Shown: positions 1 through 9,634, numbered from the stretch's first letter. The stretch is DNA of 64,000 bases from Candidatus Omnitrophota bacterium (GCA_016783555.1 JADHWH010000002.1:2037-66036), one strand, 5' to 3'. Program-made: numbers and translations. Notes: generated from the sequence alone by a model not told the origin.

Positions 1-1
1 A

Positions 2-121
2 AAGCTTCAAAAAGGAACATTGAAAGGCGCCGAGAGTCTATGTAAACCCGGTTCAGGAAAAGGCTATGGAATAGAAAAGACCATATGCGATCATCCAAAT
101 GAGGAAAATCACAAACACTAA
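2..121 (+). CDS. C-terminal fragment of a gene truncated by the window edge, probably a NifB/NifX-family protein
   Basis: Frame 2 is open: KLQKGTLKGAESLCKPGSGKGYGIEKTICDHPNEENHKH*. Cys/His tail like NifB/NifX paralogues; directly upstream of another such gene. Confidence 0.55.
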   Translation, partial: KLQKGTLKGAESLCKPGSGKGYGIEKTICDHPNEENHKH

Positions 122-140
122 TTAAAAAGGAGGAGGCGCC

Positions 141-515
141 ATGAAAATTTGCGTTACTTCTGAGGGGGGCAATTTAGATTCTAAGGTCGATCCCCGTTTT
201 GGCAGGTGTCAGTATTTTATCATTGTAGACACCGATACTCTAGCGCTTGAGGCGATAGAGAATCCGAATATCGAATCAATGGGCGGCGCGGGAATTCAAT
301 CCGGCCAGTTTGTTGCGGAAAAAAAAGTAAAAGCAGTGCTTACTGGCAATGTCGGACCCAATGCTTTTCAGACTTTGCAGTCAGCTGCGGTAGACGTGGT
401 TACCGGGATTTCAGGTACCGTTAAAGAAGCCGTAGGAAAATATAAAAAGGGCGAATTGAAACCAACACAAGGCCCGAGCGTAAGTTCGAAATTTGGCATG
501 CCGCCAAACAAATAG
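141..515 (+). CDS. NifB/NifX family (FeMo-cofactor-binding fold) protein
   Basis: DPRFGRC, GAGIQ and TGNVGPNAF motifs; strong SD AGGAGG. Confidence 0.9.
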   Translation: MKICVTSEGGNLDSKVDPRFGRCQYFIIVDTDTLALEAIENPNIESMGGAGIQSGQFVAEKKVKAVLTGNVGPNAFQTLQSAAVDVVTGISGTVKEAVGKYKKGELKPTQGPSVSSKFGMPPNK

Positions 516-545
516 GGAGAATTAAAAATACAGGGGGTGGATAAA

Positions 546-770
546 ATGCCAGGTGGAAACGGAACAGGACTATTCGGGCAAGGCTCGGGAAGAGGCAGAG
601 GTATGGGAAGAGGCGGCGGAAGAGGTAGAATGGGTGGAAATCGTCCAGGTGCAGGGCCAGGCGGAAATTGTATTTGCCCTAGTTGTGGCGCAAAGGCACC
701 TCACCAAGCTGGGGCACCATGTGGTTCCTTAGAATGCCCGAAATGCGGAAACAGGATGATACGGGAGTAG
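546..770 (+). CDS. DUF5320-like Gly/Arg-rich protein with CxCxxC/CxxxxCxxC metal-binding tail
   Basis: MPGGNGTG start, GRG repeats, CICPSCG...CGSLECPKCG; ATG 546 preferred over GTG 537. Confidence 0.75.
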   Translation: MPGGNGTGLFGQGSGRGRGMGRGGGRGRMGGNRPGAGPGGNCICPSCGAKAPHQAGAPCGSLECPKCGNRMIRE

Positions 771-773
771 TTC

Positions 774-1385
774 TTGGAAGAGAGATTGTTAGAAAACCAC
801 AAAAGATATTTAGAGAGAATGAACTTTTACAAGGATTTTGGCTATGATGTTGAAAAGGAGAGAAAGTTTATTTTAGAAAAGTCCTATCCTCTTTTTGGTG
901 ATATATTAGAAGTTGGAACAGGCAAAGGATATTTTACTGTTGAGCTTGCCAGGGAAGGGTATGATTTTGTAAGCGTAGATGTTTCCAGCGAAGAGCAAGA
1001 ATTTGCCAGACTCAATATAAAGTATTTTGGCTTTGAGAAATTCGTGGACTTTAGGATAGAGAACGCAGAGTCTTTAAGTTTTGGTAATTCCAGTTTTGAT
1101 ATAGTGTTTTCCATAAACACAGTACATCATCTTACTAATCCGGTCAAAGTAACAGAGGAGCTGATAAGGATAACTACCCCTGAAGGAAAGATTGTCTTGA
1201 GCGATTTTACCGAAGATGGCCTGAAAATTATAGACAAAATCCACGCTTCAGAAGGAAAGGTGCACGAGGCGGGACGGATAAGCTTATCAAACGTGGGTGA
1301 TTATTTGGAGGAGAGGAGATTTGGTGTTGAGAGGCACAGAGACAAATTTCAAGAGGTCCTTATTGCATACCACCAAATCGTATAA
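774..1385 (+). CDS. class I SAM-dependent methyltransferase
   Basis: ILEVGTGKG motif I; FDIVFS..TVHH. Confidence 0.85.
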   Translation: MEERLLENHKRYLERMNFYKDFGYDVEKERKFILEKSYPLFGDILEVGTGKGYFTVELAREGYDFVSVDVSSEEQEFARLNIKYFGFEKFVDFRIENAESLSFGNSSFDIVFSINTVHHLTNPVKVTEELIRITTPEGKIVLSDFTEDGLKIIDKIHASEGKVHEAGRISLSNVGDYLEERRFGVERHRDKFQEVLIAYHQIV

Positions 1386-1390
1386 TAGCT

Positions 1391-2227
1391 ATGATTATTT
1401 CAATTGCTAGCGGAAAAGGCGGAACAGGAAAGACCACGATAGCTACTAGTCTTACACTTTCTATAAATAACGGTGTCCAACTATTAGACTGTGATGTAGA
1501 AGAGCCGAATGCACATATTTTCTTAAAACCTAGAATTAAGCAAAGCACCACTGTTTCTATTCCAGTGCCAAAAATAGATGAATCGAAGTGCACCTTTTGT
1601 GGTAAATGCGCAGAAATTTGCGCTTACAACGCCCTGGCCGTTCTTAATGATAGAGTTTTAACATTTCCTCATTTATGTCATGGATGCGGAGGCTGCAGTC
1701 TTATGTGTCCCAACAAAGCAATTACAGAAGTCGATAAAGAAATAGGAGTTGTCGAGATTGGCACCTCAAATAAACTACAATTCATACATGGAAAGCTGAA
1801 TATTGGGGAAGTAATGTCTCCACCCTTAATCATGGCAGTCAAAGAGTACATTAATCCAACGAGAATAGCAGTTGTAGATGCCCCGCCGGGAACATCCTGC
1901 CCTGTCGTTGAAGCAGTTAAGGGGAGCGATTTCTGTATTCTGGTTACTGAACCAACCCCTTTCGGCTTAAACGACCTGATACTAGCGGTAGAGATTCTAA
2001 GGAAATTAAATATACCCTTTGGAGTCGTAATAAACCGTTCTGATATAGGGGATGATAAGTTAAACAGTTATTGCAAAAAAGAGGGCATCTCTGTCTTAAT
2101 GCAGATCCCTCTTAAAAAGGAGATAGCCATTGCTTATTCAGATGGTGTTACTATTGTAGAGGCATTTCCATACTACAAGAAGGCATTTACCGCGCTATAT
2201 GAAAAAGTTGCGAGAAGGGTACGATGA
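1391..2227 (+). CDS. MinD-superfamily P-loop ATPase with inserted 2x[4Fe-4S] ferredoxin domain
   Basis: SGKGGTGKT, DCDVEEPN, two CxxCxxCxxxC motifs, DAPPGTSCP. Confidence 0.9.
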   Translation: MIISIASGKGGTGKTTIATSLTLSINNGVQLLDCDVEEPNAHIFLKPRIKQSTTVSIPVPKIDESKCTFCGKCAEICAYNALAVLNDRVLTFPHLCHGCGGCSLMCPNKAITEVDKEIGVVEIGTSNKLQFIHGKLNIGEVMSPPLIMAVKEYINPTRIAVVDAPPGTSCPVVEAVKGSDFCILVTEPTPFGLNDLILAVEILRKLNIPFGVVINRSDIGDDKLNSYCKKEGISVLMQIPLKKEIAIAYSDGVTIVEAFPYYKKAFTALYEKVARRVR

Positions 2228-3069
2228 AACAAATAGTGATAATAAGCGGAAAAGGCGGAACAGGTAAGACGATACTAACCGCATCATTTGCTGCTTTATC
2301 TAAGAATGCAGTATTTGCAGACTGCGATGTAGATGCGGCAGACCTACATTTATTATTAAATCCTAATATAAGAGAAAGACACGAGTTTAGAAGCGGAAAG
2401 ACCGCAAGAGTTGATAAGGAACTGTGTCAGCAATGCGAAGAGTGCGTAAGAGTTTGTCGTTTTGCCGCAATAGATACAAATATTATAGTTGATCCTATTT
2501 CATGTGAGGGATGTGGTGTCTGTAGTTATATTTGCCCGGTTGGGGCAATTAAAATGGAAGAAAACATAGCCGGAGATTTGTTTATATCGGATACAAAATA
2601 TGGCCCGATGGTTCATGCAAAGCTAGGCATAGCAGAAGAAAATTCAGGCAAACTTGTTACATTAGTTAGGCAAAAGGCAAAAGAGATGGCTGAAAGGAAT
2701 AACAGCTCCAAGATCATTATTGACGGTCCACCCGGGATAGGGTGCCCAGTGATCGCCTCTTTGACAGGTGCAGATCTAGCCGTGATAGTTACAGAACCTA
2801 CGCTTTCAGGTATCCATGATATGGAAAGAATAGCTGATGTTACTAAACATTTTGGTATTCATGCTAAGGTAGTCGTAAATAAATACGATATTAATTTGAG
2901 CAACACTCAAATAATTAAAAGGGTATGCCAGGGCAGAGATATGGAGGTTATAGCTCAGTTACCCTTTTCAGAAGATGTAAGCCGTTCATTAGTTAAGAAA
3001 ATACCCATCGTAGAATATTGCAATGAAAGAATATCAAAGGATATTATCGGACTATGGAAGAAGATTTAA
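2224..3069 (+). CDS. second MinD-superfamily P-loop ATPase with ferredoxin insert
   Basis: SGKGGTGKT, DCDVDAAD, two CxxCxxCxxxC motifs, DGPPGIGCP; ATGA overlap with the paralogue. Confidence 0.9.
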   Translation: MKQIVIISGKGGTGKTILTASFAALSKNAVFADCDVDAADLHLLLNPNIRERHEFRSGKTARVDKELCQQCEECVRVCRFAAIDTNIIVDPISCEGCGVCSYICPVGAIKMEENIAGDLFISDTKYGPMVHAKLGIAEENSGKLVTLVRQKAKEMAERNNSSKIIIDGPPGIGCPVIASLTGADLAVIVTEPTLSGIHDMERIADVTKHFGIHAKVVVNKYDINLSNTQIIKRVCQGRDMEVIAQLPFSEDVSRSLVKKIPIVEYCNERISKDIIGLWKKI

Positions 3070-3434
3070 CCAGTTATCCTGAAAATATTATAAAGTTTGC
3101 TAAAGACCCAAAACACTTTGGCAGAATGACAGATCCCACGAGCGCGGCATGCATCAAAGGCCCGTGCGGTGACGAAATGGAAGTGTATCTAGTTATTAGT
3201 GATAGAGTGATAAAAAACATCAAATTTTATACTAAAGGGTGCATCGCTACAGTTGTTTGTGGATCTGCGGTTGCTCAACTGGCTTCAGGAAGATCTGTTG
3301 ACGAGGCCTTAGGCATTTCTCCGAAACAGGTCATAGACATGTTAAACGGGCTGCCGGAAGACCGCTGTCATTGCTCGATTTTGGCTGTCAGTACTCTTCA
3401 TAGAGCTATCGCAGATTACCTGCTTAAGAAATGA
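3054..3434 (+). CDS. IscU/NifU N-terminal-type Fe-S scaffold protein
   Basis: GPCGD, GCIA and HCS cysteine triad. Confidence 0.85.
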   Translation: MEEDLTSYPENIIKFAKDPKHFGRMTDPTSAACIKGPCGDEMEVYLVISDRVIKNIKFYTKGCIATVVCGSAVAQLASGRSVDEALGISPKQVIDMLNGLPEDRCHCSILAVSTLHRAIADYLLKK

Positions 3435-3449
3435 ATTTAGCTAAATAAT

Positions 3450-4160
3450 ATGCAGATAAAAATACTTTTTGATAGCATGGCTTTGGATAAGAGATTTCAA
3501 ACCGGATGGGGTATTTCATATTTAATTGATGGAACAATTCTATTTGATACAGGCGAGAAATCAAGCTCGTTGCTTAGAAATATGAGAAATATGGGCGTAG
3601 ATGCCCCCAGTTTAAAAACAGTAGTTATCTCTCATGACCATTGGGATCACAGAGGCGGGTTGTGGGGGATTTTGAAAGAAAATCCCAAACTAAAAGTTTA
3701 TGCCTGCCCAAATTTTAGTAAAAGATTTAAGAATAGGGTCAGATTTTATAGTGGTCAACTAATCGAAGTTGATAAATTTACTCAAGTGTACAAAAATCTC
3801 TATACAACCGGAGAAATAAAAGGAAGATACGACGGTAAGCGCATGCCAGAGCAAAGTTTGATTTTAGCGGCATCTAAAGGTTTAGCTATTCTTACAGGTT
3901 GTGCCCATCCAGGGATAATAAGGATTGTTGAAAATGTAAAACGAAGCATATCTGGCAATATTTATCTTGTTATGGGCGGTTTTCATCTAGTTGGCAAGCA
4001 TAAAGAGACAATTAAAGCCATTGTCGGCCAATTTAAACGCTTAGGCGTAAAGAAAATTGCACCTTGCCATTGCACGGGGAAAAATGCTACAAAGTTATTT
4101 AAAGAAGCATATGGCGATAATTTTATTGAAGTAAAAGTTGGTGAAGTAATAGAGATATAA
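3450..4160 (+). CDS. MBL-fold metallo-hydrolase
   Basis: SHDHWDH, TGCAHPG, GGFHL and PCHCTG motifs. Confidence 0.88.
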   Translation: MQIKILFDSMALDKRFQTGWGISYLIDGTILFDTGEKSSSLLRNMRNMGVDAPSLKTVVISHDHWDHRGGLWGILKENPKLKVYACPNFSKRFKNRVRFYSGQLIEVDKFTQVYKNLYTTGEIKGRYDGKRMPEQSLILAASKGLAILTGCAHPGIIRIVENVKRSISGNIYLVMGGFHLVGKHKETIKAIVGQFKRLGVKKIAPCHCTGKNATKLFKEAYGDNFIEVKVGEVIEI

Positions 4161-4232
4161 CTGTTTGTCGTAGATTTGAGTAGATATTTCTGTTAAATTT
4201 AGTATAATATCCTTGAAGAAAGGGTAGTCTGA

Positions 4233-4526
4233 ATGGTTATTCCAAGAAGCAATTATTTTAAGAGTATACTGCTCTTAATAGTTATAATCTTTATATTTCT
4301 GTCTGTGGGGGTAGAATTTCTGCATAATCACAGCGATTCGGAATTTCATAATGACTGCCCTGCATGTATTTGGCTAATCAATTTGGTATTTATCTTTTTT
4401 GTTTTCCTTCTTCTTCCAGGTATATTGTTGCGTTTTGGACACATTTCTTTAAATTTCCTGCGGATTTTCATAAGTAAAACCTACCAAGCCTTACAACGCC
4501 CTCGCTCTCCGCCAAGTTTAGTATAA
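4233..4526 (+). CDS. DUF2946/CruR-like membrane leader protein, candidate metal-sensing arrest peptide
   Basis: TM helix, HNHSDSEFHNDCPAC, second TM helix, C-terminal PRSPP; directly upstream of metal uptake genes. Confidence 0.65.
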   Translation: MVIPRSNYFKSILLLIVIIFIFLSVGVEFLHNHSDSEFHNDCPACIWLINLVFIFFVFLLLPGILLRFGHISLNFLRIFISKTYQALQRPRSPPSLV

Positions 4527-4593
4527 CCCATAAAATTACTAATCTTTCCCAAGACTTATCTTTATTTATTAAAATAGAAGGGGGGAAGTGTAG

Positions 4594-6006
4594 ATGAGAA
4601 AAATTTCGATTTTTATGTTTTCTGTTTTTACATTTGTATTTTTTTCGATGACTCCCTGTGCGCTGTCCCAGGAGAAAAAAGATGATGAAATTGCAGAATT
4701 GAAAACGCTTATCAAGGGTCTAAAAAGCGAAATCGATGAAATGCAGAGATGCCATAGGCAAGAAGTGAATGCCTTGAGAGAAGATATAAGAGAAATCCGC
4801 GAAACTCGCGGCATTGCGGCAAAAGAAGAGTCTGACGTTGAAGCATTACGACGCCTTGCCCAAGAGGAGGCCGTGAAAGAAGAGGAGAGAAAAGAGCCCG
4901 ATGACACTGTATTTAAACATGGCGGGCTTGCCCTGCAAAAACTTAATCCGGAGATAAGCATTACAGGGGACATGGTTAACGCATATACGGTTGACGCCGC
5001 TACCGATAGGTACGATTTTGATTTTAGAAACCTTGGCATACATTTTGAATCCTATCTCGATCCGTATACACGTTTCAAAGCCGCTATTCCGGTCACTACA
5101 AGTTCGGCTAGCATAGGAGAGGCATATTTAACACGATATGGCGTTTTAAAAGACGTTAATCTTACTATGGGTAAGTTTAGGCAGCAATTCGGTGTTGTTA
5201 ACCGATGGCACAAACATGCCTTAGATCAGGTTGATTTTCCTCTTGTATTGCGTCAAATATTCGGCAATGGGGGCCTTAATCAATCCGGAATATCACTTGA
5301 TTGGACTATGCCGACCTTATTCGGCTCATCGCAGGAGCTTATAGTGCAAGGCACCAATGGTGAAAACGATCGTGTTTTTTCCGGAAATGTCATAAGTATC
5401 CCAAGCGTCTTAGCGCGTTATAAAAATTATAGAGATCTGTCTAAAAATACATATCTTGAATTGGGCCTCACAGGACTTCTTGGTTGGAATAGAGACTGGG
5501 ATGTGAGGATGGGAGGGGCAACTATTACGAAGAAAGATTACAAACACGCCGCCTGTTTTGGCGCTGATTTCACAGTGCTTTGGGAACCGACTGAGCGTAT
5601 GCGGCACCGCAATCTTGAATGGAGGAGTGAGCTCTATTGGCTTAACAAGGGTATTTTGGCCCCTGATGATTCAGGTAGCGACACGCTCAACGCCTGGGGG
5701 ACTTACAGCTATCTACAAGCCAAGGTATCGCGGACGCTAGATATCGGTATCCGCGGTGATTTCTATATGCCCGATGATAAAGATTATGCTAGTGTTCCCG
5801 GCCTTTCCCTTGCGCCACTTGCTCATACTGAAGATAATGCATATCAATGGCAGATCGGTCCGTATATTACGTGGTGGCAAAGCCCTTTTGTGAAATTCAG
5901 GCTGGAATATAATCATTTGGACGGAGAACGCCTTGCCGAGCCTGAAGACAAGATAATGCTCCAGGCTGTATTTGCTGTTGGTCCACACAAGCATGAAAGA
6001 TACTAA
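4594..6006 (+). CDS. outer-membrane beta-barrel/porin associated with zinc uptake
   Basis: Signal peptide, coiled coil, NPEISITGD, GKFRQQFG..N.WH.H, His-rich C-terminus GPHKHERY. Confidence 0.7.
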   Translation: MRKISIFMFSVFTFVFFSMTPCALSQEKKDDEIAELKTLIKGLKSEIDEMQRCHRQEVNALREDIREIRETRGIAAKEESDVEALRRLAQEEAVKEEERKEPDDTVFKHGGLALQKLNPEISITGDMVNAYTVDAATDRYDFDFRNLGIHFESYLDPYTRFKAAIPVTTSSASIGEAYLTRYGVLKDVNLTMGKFRQQFGVVNRWHKHALDQVDFPLVLRQIFGNGGLNQSGISLDWTMPTLFGSSQELIVQGTNGENDRVFSGNVISIPSVLARYKNYRDLSKNTYLELGLTGLLGWNRDWDVRMGGATITKKDYKHAACFGADFTVLWEPTERMRHRNLEWRSELYWLNKGILAPDDSGSDTLNAWGTYSYLQAKVSRTLDIGIRGDFYMPDDKDYASVPGLSLAPLAHTEDNAYQWQIGPYITWWQSPFVKFRLEYNHLDGERLAEPEDKIMLQAVFAVGPHKHERY

Positions 6007-6023
6007 TGATATGGAGGGTAATC

Positions 6024-7091
6024 ATGAGAAGAGTATGCTTAGTTATGTTATTCTTACTGATTATAGTATGCTGTTATCAGAGTGCGGGCATTTGTGAAGG
6101 CAAAAGTCTCCTCAGGGTGGTGACAACACTTCCTGACTACGCATTTTTTGTAGAGAGAATAGGAAGAGAGCGCGTTTCCGTAACTCATATAGTCCATGGA
6201 GACCAGGATGCGCATTTCATTCGCCCTAAGCCTTCCTTCGTTACTCTTGTCCGTGATGCGGATGTATTGATTTCAACCGGATTAGATCTTGAACTATGGT
6301 TGCCAACGATCATAAATAAATCCGGCAATACTCATATTCGCAGCGGACAACCTGGTTACGTTTCAGCCGCGCACGGTATGAACCTTTTGGAAAAGCCGAT
6401 GACTATATCAAGGATAGAGGGCGGCGTTCATATTTACGGCAATCCGCACGTTACCTCGAGCCCCATTAATATGAAGATTGCCGCCCGCAATATCGCAACC
6501 GGCCTGATTAAAAATGACCCCGAAGGAAAGGAAGTGTATCTGGCAAATCTTAAGAATCTGCTGGATGAGATAGACAGACGTCTTTTTGGTGAGGAGCTTG
6601 TTCAGATTCTTGGGGGTGATACTTTATGTAGTATGGCCGAAAAGAGGACATTGATACCGTTTCTTAAGAAGCGTAAGTTACATGATAAGCCACTCATTGA
6701 CTATCTTGGCGGATGGATGAAGAAAACACTTTTTATTCGGGACACTTCCATTGTTACTTATCACAAGAACTGGGTTTACTTTTTAAGGCTATTCGGCCTT
6801 GAAGAAGCCGGGACTATAGAGCCGAAGCCGGGAATCCCCCCATCACCTAAACATGTGACAGGCCTTGTTGAGTTGATGCGCGCGAGAGATCTTAGAGTTA
6901 TCCTTGCAGCAAATTACTTCGATGAACAAAAGATCCGGACGGTTGCTAATAAAGTGGATGCCGAAGCGGTGATTGTCCCGCTTTACGTTGGCGGCGAGGC
7001 GGGTGTTAAGGACTATTTTCAGCTTGTTGACCGCTGGATCAATGGTCTTATTGCCGCGTATCATGAAAAAGGCCTTTTGAATAGGGGGTAA
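6024..7091 (+). CDS. Zn/Mn ABC transporter substrate-binding protein (ZnuA/TroA family)
   Basis: VVTT, DAHF, GVH..GNPH, TYH and IEPKPGIPPS motifs; ATG 6024 follows GGAGGG. Confidence 0.85.
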   Translation: MRRVCLVMLFLLIIVCCYQSAGICEGKSLLRVVTTLPDYAFFVERIGRERVSVTHIVHGDQDAHFIRPKPSFVTLVRDADVLISTGLDLELWLPTIINKSGNTHIRSGQPGYVSAAHGMNLLEKPMTISRIEGGVHIYGNPHVTSSPINMKIAARNIATGLIKNDPEGKEVYLANLKNLLDEIDRRLFGEELVQILGGDTLCSMAEKRTLIPFLKKRKLHDKPLIDYLGGWMKKTLFIRDTSIVTYHKNWVYFLRLFGLEEAGTIEPKPGIPPSPKHVTGLVELMRARDLRVILAANYFDEQKIRTVANKVDAEAVIVPLYVGGEAGVKDYFQLVDRWINGLIAAYHEKGLLNRG

Positions 7092-7110
7092 CACTCAAAC
7101 GGAGGTCGGG

Positions 7111-7923
7111 ATGTCAGAGACCTTAAGTTTTTTTGCGATACAGATTACATTTTTGGCAGTGGTTCTAATTCTACACACCTATCTTGGGCTTCACGTCATC
7201 AGGCGAACCATTGTCTTTTCGGATCTTGTGCTTGATCAACTGGCGGCCTTTGGCGCCTTGGTCGGGATAGGGATAGGGATCCGATACGGAACAGCGAGTT
7301 CCTACCTGGTTTCGTTGATAGCCGTTATTTTTGGCGCTGTGCTGCTTGCTGTAATTAAACCCAAGAATCGATTGATACCAAGAGAAGCCGTTATCGGCAT
7401 AATGTATGCCTTAGCCCTTGCGGCATCCCTTTTATTAGCGGACAAACTTTCAGGGGGAGAGACTTATGTTACCAAGACCCTTTCCGGTTCTATGTTGTGG
7501 GTAACCTGGCCTCTTGTTATCGCAACAGTCGTTGCTTATATAATTTTATTATTGTTTCACTTCAAATTCCGTAGTCAGTTTATAACTTTAACCGAAAAGA
7601 AACTCATTATTAAAAATGAGAGATTCTGGGACTTTTTATTTTTTACCACCCAAGGTATTATTACGGTTCTTGTTGTTCCGATTGCCGGGGTTTTGCTGGC
7701 TTACGCATTTCTTATGATTCCGGCAGCGATCGTTGCGATGTTTACGAGAAAATGGGCCATTGCCGTGGCAATAGGATGGGGTATAGGGTTTATGGCCTGC
7801 ACGATAGGCCTTTTTGCCTCATATTTCTTCGATCTGCCTTATGGGCCTAGTCTTGTTTTATCATTGGGAGGTTTTTTTGTATGCGCTGTGATTATTCGCG
7901 CCTTTTTGCCGCAAAGGGCCTGA
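7111..7923 (+). CDS. metal ABC transporter permease (ZnuB/ABC-3 family)
   Basis: Multiple TM helices; GLHVIRR..F.DL.L.Q; GVLLAYAFLMIPA. Confidence 0.85.
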   Translation: MSETLSFFAIQITFLAVVLILHTYLGLHVIRRTIVFSDLVLDQLAAFGALVGIGIGIRYGTASSYLVSLIAVIFGAVLLAVIKPKNRLIPREAVIGIMYALALAASLLLADKLSGGETYVTKTLSGSMLWVTWPLVIATVVAYIILLLFHFKFRSQFITLTEKKLIIKNERFWDFLFFTTQGIITVLVVPIAGVLLAYAFLMIPAAIVAMFTRKWAIAVAIGWGIGFMACTIGLFASYFFDLPYGPSLVLSLGGFFVCAVIIRAFLPQRA

Positions 7924-7940
7924 TCTGAAAAAGAAAGGAT

Positions 7941-8786
7941 TTGGCTATGCCACAACTCATTCAAATCTTTAGCCAACCGTTTTTAGTGTGCCTAACGATG
8001 GTCTTCATTTTGGGCTATATGGGTATCCATGTTCTCAAGAGAGAGGTAATATTCATTGACATTGCTCTGGCTCAGATTGCGGCAGTAGGGGCAATTGTTG
8101 CCCATGTTGCCTTTGAAGCGCACGGAGATTCACTTTTTAGTTATTCTTTCGCATTTGGTTTTACGCTGGTTGCATCCGTTTTCTATTCTCTCGTTCGTAG
8201 GAAGGTTAATCAGATCCCATTAGAGGCGGTTATCGGCATTTCCTACGCGATCGCGGCCGCAGCAGCGCTCTTTCTGGTTGGGATAGCTCCGGGCGGCCAC
8301 ATTCATGTGCACCAGATGCTATCCGGAAGTATTCTCTGGGCAACATGGAAAGACTTTTTATTATGTGTTTTTGTTTTTTCGGTAGTCGGTTTTTGCTTCT
8401 ACGTTTTCCGAAAACCCTTTAAGGAGATATCTGATAATTACGAAGCCGCTCTCAAGAAAGGAATAAAAGTAGTGTGGTGGGATTTTCTCTTCTATGCGTT
8501 ATTCGGCATTGTGATCACACTGGCTGTTAGGATTGGCGGCGTGGTGGTAATTTTTGCCTTCCTTATCATACCGGCAACAATCTCTTCCTTATTTTCTTCA
8601 AATTGGGTAAGGCGTTTGGTTATTAGCTGGGTAATCGGTGTAGGAGCGATAGTAGCGGGACTCTTGTTTGCAGACCATTTCGATTTTTCTATTGGTTCCT
8701 CTATTTCCTTTTTTCTGGGAGTGGCATTGGTTTTTGCTGGGCTTTTTCGGATAGGCCGACAGCGTATTGCTATAGCAAAAAAATGA
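7941..8786 (+). CDS. second metal ABC transporter permease (ABC-3 family)
   Basis: GIHVLKREVIFIDIALAQ; GVVVIFAFLIIPA; paralogous to the preceding gene. Confidence 0.85.
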   Translation: MAMPQLIQIFSQPFLVCLTMVFILGYMGIHVLKREVIFIDIALAQIAAVGAIVAHVAFEAHGDSLFSYSFAFGFTLVASVFYSLVRRKVNQIPLEAVIGISYAIAAAAALFLVGIAPGGHIHVHQMLSGSILWATWKDFLLCVFVFSVVGFCFYVFRKPFKEISDNYEAALKKGIKVVWWDFLFYALFGIVITLAVRIGGVVVIFAFLIIPATISSLFSSNWVRRLVISWVIGVGAIVAGLLFADHFDFSIGSSISFFLGVALVFAGLFRIGRQRIAIAKK

Positions 8787-9547
8787 AAAGACTCATTTAC
8801 TCGATAGCAGTTGTAGGGATGGTAACAGTTTTGTGTTCTTGCGCAAGCACGCCTATTAAACCGCCAGACTATTCCAGAATGGATATTATTACGCAGCCCG
8901 CTACTCCTATCTTAAGGAAAGATATTATTCATAAGGTAGCCCCTGGAGAGACGGTTTGGCGCATCGCTAAGATGTATGATATTAGAATAGAAGATATCAT
9001 GCAGGCGAATACTCTAAAGAAGCCAAAAGAGCTAAAAATGGGCCAAAGCCTTCTTATACCAGATGCTGCGCCGCTGGAAGCAGTCATTCCTCTTTATCCT
9101 TCTAAAAAATGGAGATATATTATTATTCACCATAGCGCAACCGATGAGGGATGTGCGCTGCATTTCCATTTTGCGCATCATTCAAGAGGATTTAAGAGAG
9201 GTTTAGGCTACCATTTTGTTATTAATAATGGGACAAGGGAAAAAGACGATGGATATATTGAAATTTCGCCTCGTTGGTTAAAGCAGCTGAATGGCGCGCA
9301 CTGTAAAGCCTCAGGGATGAATAAGAAGGGAATAGGCATTTGTCTTGTGGGCAATTTTAGTAAAGAACGAATTTCTGAAAAACAGATGGATTCATTATTA
9401 TATTTGGTGAATTGTCTGAGAAAATACTATAAGATTTCTCTAAAAAACATAATGGGACATGGCCAAGTTTTTGGAGCAAGAACAGAATGTCCGGGTAAGA
9501 ATTTTCCTTTCGGTAAGCTTAAGAAACAACTCAAAGTATCAGATTAA
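8783..9547 (+). CDS. lipoprotein with LysM domain and amidase_2 (N-acetylmuramoyl-L-alanine amidase) domain
   Basis: Lipobox LCSC; HKVAPGETVWRIA LysM; IIHHS, GYHF, GAHC and TECPG Zn-site motifs. Confidence 0.85.
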   Translation: MKRLIYSIAVVGMVTVLCSCASTPIKPPDYSRMDIITQPATPILRKDIIHKVAPGETVWRIAKMYDIRIEDIMQANTLKKPKELKMGQSLLIPDAAPLEAVIPLYPSKKWRYIIIHHSATDEGCALHFHFAHHSRGFKRGLGYHFVINNGTREKDDGYIEISPRWLKQLNGAHCKASGMNKKGIGICLVGNFSKERISEKQMDSLLYLVNCLRKYYKISLKNIMGHGQVFGARTECPGKNFPFGKLKKQLKVSD

Positions 9548-9577
9548 AAGAATGTAAATAGAAAAATACAAAATAGC

Positions 9578-9623
9578 TTGACAAGCCCGCTAATATGTGC
9601 TACTTTAGTAAAAAAAGTAATAC
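9578..9623 (+). promoter_or_regulatory. sigma70 promoter of nikR with overlapping candidate NikR operator
   Basis: TTGACA-17-TACTTT (9578-9606); imperfect dyad GTGCTAC-N13-GTAATAC (9597-9623). Confidence 0.55.
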
Positions 9624-9634
9624 CAAGATAGCCC

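Noticed and set aside
141-3434. Nitrogen fixation (nif) cluster
   Set aside because: NifX-like and NifU-like folds occur without nifHDK/ENB; the ATPases are MinD-type, not NifH.
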